Below are positions 57,206-64,000 of a DNA stretch of 64,000 nucleotides, one piece after another (within the stretch, counting starts at the first letter, position 1; every line of letters starts with the position of its first letter). The stretch comes from a virus (Duplodnaviria > Heunggongvirae > Uroviricota > Caudoviricetes). The DNA lies in IMG/VR virus record IMGVR_UViG_3300042894_001948, one strand, 5' to 3'. The notes beneath the pieces were generated by a model that worked only from the letters and a program-made list of their open reading frames with translations, had not been told where the DNA came from and ran no database searches. Made by a program: the position numbers and the translations under genes.

Positions 57206-59554
57206 ATGGACAATAATTTAGATAAAATCGCTTTAGACCTTTATGGTAAAATACAAACACGTTTCTCAAATATTAAAATGGGTGACGAAAATGCAGAAGT
57301 ATTAAGTAAAAAGACTGATATACCACGTGCTCGATTCTTTGAATTTGAATATGAAGAACATGGCGAACCGCTTGGTACTATTGCTATTACTTTAGACTTA
57401 GATGATGGTATTGTAGTACAAGTTAGCGGAGACTTAGTTGACGACGACTCTGGAGCTACACATCACAATGCATATAAATTTATAAGATCATTTAGACAAT
57501 TTGCTAAAAATCGGTTATTAAATTTTGATGTACAAAATATTGGAAAAAGCAACTTAGACAAACGAGACTATCAGTTTCAAGCAAAACCCAAGGAACAACC
57601 AATGATGGAAAGTAAAATGTTTGGAACTTCTAAAATAAGTTACCAAAACTTAGGTGAAGCTCGGTTAATTGTTAAACATAGCCAACCTATTAATCCAGAA
57701 CTAGCTGCAGGTCGTACTATGCATATTCAAAGCATTTATGTAGAAAATGCAGATGGTGAAAGATTTAAATACCCGTATAAACACTTACCAGGTGCTCGTG
57801 CATTAGCAGAACATGTTAAACACGGCGGCAACCCATACGATGCAATTGGCAAACATATAACTAAACTTAGTGAGGAATTAGCAAGTTTACGCAAATTTAA
57901 AGGGTATGTTGGTCGCCAATCTCAAATATCAGAAGCAATGGGCGACGTTACATCGCGTGTAATTGAGCGCATTGACTCAGTTAAAAAAGAAATTAATAGC
58001 TTACAACGCCCTGCATACTATCAACAATTTGCAGAATCATTTGTTGAAAAAGAAGAACGCATTATCCCAGAAACTGTAATGAATGATTGGATTGATCGAT
58101 TAACTGTGCGCACGTTTAATGAAGAAATGAAAACAGTATTTCCGTTTTTATACAATATCGTAGACGAAAGTGAATTACCAGTATGCGAACTATCTTCAGA
58201 TTATTTCTTAGATGAAAAAGCACCAGAAGGATGGGAAGGTACTGTTAAAGCAATGAAGAAACACAAGGAAATTGATAATCCTTGGGCATTAGCACACTCT
58301 ATGAAAAACAAAGGATATAAAAGCCATAAAAAAGAAAGCTTTGATCCTGAACAAACATTTGAATCATTTATTAATCGCATTATGCTTGAAGATAAAGATG
58401 AGTTGTTTAGCCCAAACAAAGATGCACAAAAAGTTGCAATTGACAAATTAAATAGAATTCTTGAAAAAGAATTGCGCGGCGGACCAGATGGAGTTAATGC
58501 TATTCAAAGTTTAGCTGGACTAATTGACGATCCAGATTTCTTAGATGCACTTAAAGATATTGATCCAGATTTAGATACTCGCCCATTAATTCAACAATAC
58601 GTAACGCACACTGATCCAGGTGTAGCAGTTCAATTAAAATTCGGTGATGGCGACATTGGTGGACAAGATATGGCACCTGCAGCAAACGGATCTGCTCCTC
58701 CGGATATAGCAGCACCGCCAGCAGCTCCTGAAGGTACACCTGATATGGGCGGCGGACTAGGCGGACTAGGCGGCGGAATGCCTCTAGACATGGGCGGAAT
58801 GCCTCCTGATATGGATGGACTGCCTCCAGAAGGAGAACTAGGTGCAGAAGGTGAATTACCTCCAGGTAGTGAAGTTCCTCCAGCTCCAGGTAGTGAAGTT
58901 CCTCCAGCTCCAGGTAGTGAAGTTCCTCTAGCACCTCCAGCACCTCCAGCACCTCCAGCACCTCCAATGCAAGAAGGTATTCATCATAAAAAATCTAAAA
59001 TCAAAGCTAAGTTTATTAAAGCTAAAGCAGCCGGTGCAACACTAGAAACAATGTTTGCAGAAGGTATGACTATCCGTGATGCACTTAGGGAGAGTGGAAT
59101 AACTCCATGTGAAGCAGGATATGGCGAATGCGATATGGAGGACAACGACGGTAGCGAGCCGACACAAGAACATATCTCAGGTAAAGAACAAATTCTAAAT
59201 TCGATTGCAGGATTCTGGAATAAAGAAGAACGCAATTTTACTATTGGCGGAACTAGAGTTAAAACTAAGATTATTAAAAGTTTTAAAGACGGTGAGTACA
59301 GTAACGCATCAGAAGATGATGTTAGAGAAGTATTACAAAAAGTAGATCAATTAGATCCAAGTGAAGACGCTAGAGAACAAAATGATGTTTTAAGATTAGC
59401 AGGTGTTAAACATCAAGAACCAACCGATGATGAAGTAGATTTAGAAGCATTTGGTCGTAGACGATTTGATAGTATTGACAAACATAAAATGCATAAAACA
59501 GTGAGAAACAATTATGAAAAGAATTTCAGAAACCGTACTTCTAGATACCGTTAG
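57206..59554 (+). CDS. Large acidic probable prohead core/internal head protein
   Basis: Late motif GATAAATA at 57193; many (L/M/F)xE sites; Pro-rich linker; VLRLAGV motif similar to the scaffold C-terminus. Start could be 57191 or 57206. Confidence 0.6.
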   Translation: MDNNLDKIALDLYGKIQTRFSNIKMGDENAEVLSKKTDIPRARFFEFEYEEHGEPLGTIAITLDLDDGIVVQVSGDLVDDDSGATHHNAYKFIRSFRQFAKNRLLNFDVQNIGKSNLDKRDYQFQAKPKEQPMMESKMFGTSKISYQNLGEARLIVKHSQPINPELAAGRTMHIQSIYVENADGERFKYPYKHLPGARALAEHVKHGGNPYDAIGKHITKLSEELASLRKFKGYVGRQSQISEAMGDVTSRVIERIDSVKKEINSLQRPAYYQQFAESFVEKEERIIPETVMNDWIDRLTVRTFNEEMKTVFPFLYNIVDESELPVCELSSDYFLDEKAPEGWEGTVKAMKKHKEIDNPWALAHSMKNKGYKSHKKESFDPEQTFESFINRIMLEDKDELFSPNKDAQKVAIDKLNRILEKELRGGPDGVNAIQSLAGLIDDPDFLDALKDIDPDLDTRPLIQQYVTHTDPGVAVQLKFGDGDIGGQDMAPAANGSAPPDIAAPPAAPEGTPDMGGGLGGLGGGMPLDMGGMPPDMDGLPPEGELGAEGELPPGSEVPPAPGSEVPPAPGSEVPLAPPAPPAPPAPPMQEGIHHKKSKIKAKFIKAKAAGATLETMFAEGMTIRDALRESGITPCEAGYGECDMEDNDGSEPTQEHISGKEQILNSIAGFWNKEERNFTIGGTRVKTKIIKSFKDGEYSNASEDDVREVLQKVDQLDPSEDAREQNDVLRLAGVKHQEPTDDEVDLEAFGRRRFDSIDKHKMHKTVRNNYEKNFRNRTSRYR
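58861..58966 (+). repeat. Coding tandem repeats (24-bp x3, then 9-bp x~4)
   Basis: TCCAGGTAGTGAAGTTCCTCCAGC x3 then ACCTCCAGC repeats; encodes PGSEVPPA and PPA runs. Confidence 0.95.
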
Positions 59555-60380
59555 ATCGTTAAGAGAGGCTATGGCAATAATCGAAGGCGGGTTTAATGCT
59601 AACACCCGCCAAGATGCATTTGGAGATGCTCCTGATGCAATTGGCGCAACAGACCATCCTATGCAAAATTTTAGCGATTACATGAATCAAGGTAAAGATA
59701 ATGTTAACAATGCAGTTGGCGATTTAGCATCCGGTATTGGACATAGTATAGGCGACCCTCTCAAAAAAGGCATTCCTGTTGCAAAAGATATTGGCCGTAG
59801 TATTGGTGCAGTCGGGCAAGGCGTAGGTACTGCACTTAACCGCGCAGCACATGGTGATTTTGCAGACCATCCAGAAGATCATCCTGAAAACTATCCACCC
59901 TTAGGATTAACTAATCCTGAAGAATATCCGGACTTATCGCCTGCAGGATCATACGATTTACCACACGCTGATGCAGCTCCACATGAGTTTCAACCGTCGG
60001 ACACTAGTTATGCACAAGATCATCCTGCAGCAGCTAAACCGCATCCTGCAGGCCAACCAAAGTCGGCTACTCCTAAGTTTGATCCAGCTGTTCAAAAGTT
60101 GCAATATGAACTACGTGCTAAAGGATATAATATCAAGGCTGACGGCATTTTAGGTCCTAACACACAACAAGCAATTGATTGGGAAAATCAAACAAATGCA
60201 ACACAGGATAGAATTGCAGGGTATGATCAATTACGTGCAGACATGGATCAATCAACTATTGCTCCGGAACCATTTGATAACACACAAGGCGACTTTGATC
60301 GTCAACCAGAACTTAACGAACATGTAACATTTAGTCAAGGTGACAGTTTAGCTAGAATCATTCAACTAGCAAGAGGATAA
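59514..60380 (+). CDS. Low-complexity protein with a peptidoglycan-binding (PG_binding_1-like) domain
   Basis: DPAVQKLQYELRAKGYNIKADGILGPNTQQAI. Confidence 0.75.
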   Translation: MKRISETVLLDTVRSLREAMAIIEGGFNANTRQDAFGDAPDAIGATDHPMQNFSDYMNQGKDNVNNAVGDLASGIGHSIGDPLKKGIPVAKDIGRSIGAVGQGVGTALNRAAHGDFADHPEDHPENYPPLGLTNPEEYPDLSPAGSYDLPHADAAPHEFQPSDTSYAQDHPAAAKPHPAGQPKSATPKFDPAVQKLQYELRAKGYNIKADGILGPNTQQAIDWENQTNATQDRIAGYDQLRADMDQSTIAPEPFDNTQGDFDRQPELNEHVTFSQGDSLARIIQLARG

Positions 60381-60382
60381 TA

Positions 60383-61456
60383 ATGAAAAAAATTACAGAA
60401 AATGCACTCTTATTTAGAGTTAATCAATTAAATGAAAAGTTAGCAATGTATGAAGCAGGAGTTGTTCCTGCTGGTACTAAACCTGTAGCATCACAACAAA
60501 CTACAGCAACTACTGCAGCAACACAACAAACTACAGCCCCGCATGGGCGCGGTGCATACGTTGCTCCACCACCGCCTGTTACTGATACTAAACCTGTAGC
60601 AGCACAACAAACTGCAGCTCCGGCACAACATCAAACCGTGTTACAAGCGTACAACGCAAATATAGCAAGTGGTATGGATAAAAATGCTGCATGGGCTGCA
60701 GCACAGAAATCTGCAGGTGCACCTGCACAACATACTTCAGGAACTGGAGGAAAACCAGTACAAACTAAACCCACAACTGCAGCTCCTACACATGCAGCTC
60801 CTGCACAAGCTAAACCAGATCCGGCAGTATTAAAACAACAACAAGATTTAATTGCCAAAGGATATCCAATTAAAGCAGACGGCATTATGGGTCCAAAAAC
60901 ACAAGCAGCACTAGATTGGCAAGCACAATCTGATAAACGTGACGCTGGTTTAAAAGCTACTAATAATATGGATCCTAGTAAACCAGCACCGGCAGCACCT
61001 ACTGATCCAACGCAAAAAGCAGCATATGATGCAGCAATTAAGAACATGGATCCTAATCAAACACCAGCTCCAGCAGCAGCTCCGGCAGGTGCAGCAGCAA
61101 TTACTCCTGCATTCCAAAGCCAGCAAGCACCTACACCGGCATCTACCGCCCAACAATCAGCGTATAATAGCTCTGCACTTGGACAGATGCAACGGTCTCT
61201 TCAACAACAAGAAGCTGGCCAATCAATTCAAACACCACCTCCAGAAAAACCAGAAGGTGTCCAAGTGTTTCCAGGAACAGTAACACAACAAACAGCAGCA
61301 TCTGCAGCACAACCGTCTGGTGGATGGGATCAAAACGATCCAGATACTCCAGCTATGTTCCGCAATCCTCTCCCAGGTGAGCCAGGTATGCATGAATCAG
61401 TTTCGTTTAAAAATGAAGACAGTTTGGCTAGAATTGTACAATTAGCAAAATGGTAA
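60383..61456 (+). CDS. Ala/Pro/Gln-rich protein with a peptidoglycan-binding (PG_binding_1-like) domain
   Basis: DPAVLKQQQDLIAKGYPIKADGIMGPKTQAAL; both termini paralogous to 59514. Confidence 0.75.
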   Translation: MKKITENALLFRVNQLNEKLAMYEAGVVPAGTKPVASQQTTATTAATQQTTAPHGRGAYVAPPPPVTDTKPVAAQQTAAPAQHQTVLQAYNANIASGMDKNAAWAAAQKSAGAPAQHTSGTGGKPVQTKPTTAAPTHAAPAQAKPDPAVLKQQQDLIAKGYPIKADGIMGPKTQAALDWQAQSDKRDAGLKATNNMDPSKPAPAAPTDPTQKAAYDAAIKNMDPNQTPAPAAAPAGAAAITPAFQSQQAPTPASTAQQSAYNSSALGQMQRSLQQQEAGQSIQTPPPEKPEGVQVFPGTVTQQTAASAAQPSGGWDQNDPDTPAMFRNPLPGEPGMHESVSFKNEDSLARIVQLAKW

Positions 61457-61484
61457 AATAATTTGACAAAGTGAAAGATTTCAC

Positions 61485-61513
61485 TTGCTCATATAAATAA
61501 AAGAGTATATAAT
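61485..61513 (+). promoter_or_regulatory. Nested sigma70-like promoter and late promoter upstream of ssb
   Basis: TTGCTC-17 bp-TATAAT with an exact TATAAATA (61492-61499) inside the spacer. Confidence 0.65.
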
Positions 61514-61633
61514 ACGCACATACTTTAAAAGTAAGGCATACTTATTATATACAGTATAAAACATAAAAAACACATAGGCTATATAACACACAGAGCAATC
61601 TGTGTGTTAACTCAAAACACATAGGATATTAAA

Positions 61634-62632
61634 ATGGCAACACTCGCAGAAATCAGAGCAAAACTAAAAGCGGCAGAAACACGTAGTACAGATAGCAATA
61701 CAGGCGGTGATAAATCAATTTATCCATTCTGGACTATTAAAAGCGGTGGCGAAGCAACTTTTAGATTCCTTCCAGACGGCAACGCAGATAACATGTTTTT
61801 CTGGGTTGAGCGTAACGTAATCAAATTACCTTTTGCAGGTATTAAAGGTCAAACAGATAATAAACCCGTAACAGTAAATGTACCATGCGTTGAAATGTAC
61901 AACGACGGTTCGGTATGTCCAATTCTTTCAGAAGTGCGTCCTTGGTTTAAAGATCCTTCTTTAGAAGAAATGGGTCGTAAATATTGGAAAAAACGTAGTT
62001 TCATCTATCACGGCTTTGTACCTAAAGATGGCTTAGAAGAAAGAGAACCACCCGAAAATCCAATCCGTAGATTTATTATTGGACCACAAATTAACAAACT
62101 AATTCACGCAGCATTAACTGACGAAGAATATACAGAATTGCCTACAGACTATGTAAATGGTTTTGACTTTACATTGCGCGTTGGCAGTAAAGGCGGCTTT
62201 GCAGACTATTCAACATCAACATGGAAAAGAAATACACGTCCACTAAGTGAAGAAGAAAGATCAGCAATTGACAAATTTGGCTTACCTAACTTAGCAGATT
62301 ACTTACCTAAAAAACCAGGCGACGTTGAACTTAAAGTTATGGTAGAAATGTTTGAAGCATCTGTTAATGGTGAAGCATACGACATTGAACGTTGGGGCAA
62401 ATACTTTAGACCATATGGCGTACAGTTTGACGAAAACGCAGCACCAGCACCTACTGCAACAGTAACGCCCGTAGTTGCACCCGTAGTACCCACAGTTGAA
62501 GAAGACGCCCCATGGGATGAGCCAGCTGTTGTTAATACCTATACTCCACAACCTGCAGTAGAAGCAGCTCCTACAGCATCAAGCGATTCTCGTGCTAATG
62601 ATATTTTAGCAAGAATTCGTAATCGCGGCTAA
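61634..62632 (+). CDS. gp32: Single-stranded DNA-binding protein (T4 gp32-like)
   Basis: ATFRFLPD, C..CPI, YWKKRS, GFDFTL..KGGFADYSTSTW; acidic/Pro-rich tail; upstream of uvsX. Confidence 0.9.
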   Translation: MATLAEIRAKLKAAETRSTDSNTGGDKSIYPFWTIKSGGEATFRFLPDGNADNMFFWVERNVIKLPFAGIKGQTDNKPVTVNVPCVEMYNDGSVCPILSEVRPWFKDPSLEEMGRKYWKKRSFIYHGFVPKDGLEEREPPENPIRRFIIGPQINKLIHAALTDEEYTELPTDYVNGFDFTLRVGSKGGFADYSTSTWKRNTRPLSEEERSAIDKFGLPNLADYLPKKPGDVELKVMVEMFEASVNGEAYDIERWGKYFRPYGVQFDENAAPAPTATVTPVVAPVVPTVEEDAPWDEPAVVNTYTPQPAVEAAPTASSDSRANDILARIRNRG

Positions 62633-62648
62633 TTAAGATGTAACGGAT

Positions 62649-62676
62649 TAACGTAGCAAGGGGTCTTGCTACGTTA
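62649..62676 (+). repeat. Perfect 12-bp intergenic hairpin without U-tract
   Basis: TAACGTAGCAAG-GGGT-CTTGCTACGTTA. Confidence 0.85.
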
Positions 62677-62695
62677 CAATGTACGGAGTATACTC

Positions 62696-63778
62696 ATGGC
62701 GACAAAACCATTCGATTTAACAAAATTTAGAAAAACATTAACAAAAAGCATTGACGGATTGGGCGTAGGCTTTAACGATCCTACAGATTGGGTTGGCACA
62801 GGCAACTATGCACTTAACTATCTTATTAGTTCAGACTTCCATAAAGGCATTCCATTAGGTAAAGTAACTGTGTTTGCAGGCGAATCTGGTGCAGGCAAAA
62901 GTTATATTTGTTCAGGTAACATTGTTAAGAATGCACAAGAACAAGGAATATATGTAGTACTAATTGATTCAGAAAATGCACTTGACGAATCATGGCTACA
63001 CGCATTAGGTGTAGACACTACTGAAGAAAAACTTCTTAAACTTAATATGGCTATGATTGATGATGTAGCTAAAACTATTAGTGAGTTTATGAAAGAATAT
63101 AAAGCAATGGAAGACAAACCAAAAGTATTGTTTGTAGTTGATTCATTAGGTATGTTACTAACTCCAACTGATATTAATCAATTTGAAGCAGGTGATTTAA
63201 AAGGTGATATGGGTCGTAAACCTAAAGCACTTACTGCACTTGTTCGTAATTGCGTTAATATGTTTGGCAGTCACAATGTTGGATTAGTATGTACTAATCA
63301 CACGTATGCAAGTCAAGATATGTTTGATCCGGATGATAAAATATCAGGCGGACAGGGATTTGTTTATGCATCAAGCATTGTAGTAGCAATGAAAAAACTT
63401 AAACTAAAAGAAGATTTAGATGGTAACAAAGTTAGTGAAGTTAACGGTATTCGCGCATCATGCAAGATTATGAAAACTCGTTATGCTAAACCATTTGAAA
63501 CTTTGCAAATTAAAATCCCGTATACTACAGGTATGAATCCATTTAGTGGGTTAGTTGACTTATTTGAGAAAAAAGGTATGCTATCAAAAGATGGTAATAG
63601 ACTTAAATACGTGGCTACTGACGGTACTGAAATTAAACAATACCGTAAAGAGTGGGAAAGTAATGCTAACGGTGCTCTTGAAAGAGCAATGGCTGAATTT
63701 ACTGATCAACCGTTAATATCTAATGACATTGATGATATTGATGATGAATACGTCACGGAGGACGAAAATGTTGAATGA
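62696..63778 (+). CDS. uvsX: RecA-like recombinase (UvsX)
   Basis: Walker A AGESGAGKS, IDSENA, VVDSLG and GGQG..YASS; start ATG 62696 after GGAG. Confidence 0.95.
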   Translation: MATKPFDLTKFRKTLTKSIDGLGVGFNDPTDWVGTGNYALNYLISSDFHKGIPLGKVTVFAGESGAGKSYICSGNIVKNAQEQGIYVVLIDSENALDESWLHALGVDTTEEKLLKLNMAMIDDVAKTISEFMKEYKAMEDKPKVLFVVDSLGMLLTPTDINQFEAGDLKGDMGRKPKALTALVRNCVNMFGSHNVGLVCTNHTYASQDMFDPDDKISGGQGFVYASSIVVAMKKLKLKEDLDGNKVSEVNGIRASCKIMKTRYAKPFETLQIKIPYTTGMNPFSGLVDLFEKKGMLSKDGNRLKYVATDGTEIKQYRKEWESNANGALERAMAEFTDQPLISNDIDDIDDEYVTEDENVE

Positions 63779-64000
63779 AACACAAATTGCTGATGTATGG
63801 TTATTATTTGCAGACTACATTGATAAGAAACAAGCAGAAATTGCTGCTGAAAGATTTATTGAATTACTAGCAGATTTTGGTGCTAGTGATCGTACCTTCC
63901 AAGGTGCAACAGGTATCGATCCTGTTTTAGATCAAGCTATTACTTATTACTTAGAAGATAATAGCGATGACGACGATGATTATACAGATTTGGAGTTTTA
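63768..64000 (+). CDS. Small acidic hypothetical protein (about 77 aa, runs to window edge)
   Basis: GGAGG RBS; MLNETQIADVWLLFADYIDKK...DDDDDYTDLEF; the window ends on TA, probably the start of its stop codon. Confidence 0.7.
   Translation, partial: MLNETQIADVWLLFADYIDKKQAEIAAERFIELLADFGASDRTFQGATGIDPVLDQAITYYLEDNSDDDDDYTDLEF

Noticed and set aside
58861-58966. CRISPR-like array
   Set aside because: Repeats are contiguous with no spacers and encode an in-frame Pro-rich linker.
32-63117. Numerous short antisense or alternate-frame ORFs in the ORF track (e.g. 30440-31078, 58551-58967, 34188-34484)
   Set aside because: They lie within long, well-supported genes, lack RBS or motifs, and are expected shadows of biased codon usage.
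1-64000. tRNA or rRNA genes, integrase, CRISPR-Cas
   Set aside because: None recognised by eye; intergenic gaps are short and explained by promoters, terminators or leaders. tRNAscan-SE was not run.

Overview
AT-rich 64 kb segment of a large T4-like myovirus (Caudoviricetes), standard genetic code, covering most of the virion-morphogenesis region. In order: tail of a NUMOD3 homing endonuclease; prohead scaffold and gp23-like major capsid protein; about 33 kb of fibre/appendage genes (four giant paralogous beta-helix fibres up to 3188 aa, three small paralogous adaptor-like genes, two Cys-rich Gly-rich paralogues); a glycosyltransferase/carbamoyltransferase/methyltransferase/Nudix cluster; neck genes diverging from a palindromic late promoter; HNH endonuclease; dNMP kinase; tail sheath and tube; gp4-like nuclease; terminase; probable internal head proteins; gp32-like SSB and UvsX/RecA. 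Most notable: (1) the terminase large subunit is fractured into two genes carrying an atypically split intein (31-aa IntN, 116-aa IntC), separated by a GIY-YIG endonuclease gene that itself supplies the translation start of the second half; (2) an unannotated start-less 76-codon frame reachable by a -1 shift at an A9 run in a probable head-protein gene; (3) a scaffold-like 'LxxIxxLA(G)' C-terminal tag shared by probable capsid cargo proteins, two with peptidoglycan-binding domains; (4) a repeated 'fibre with hydrophobic C-terminal helix plus ~110-aa adaptor' module; (5) structured 5' leaders. All product calls come from motif recognition and synteny by eye; no database searches were run.
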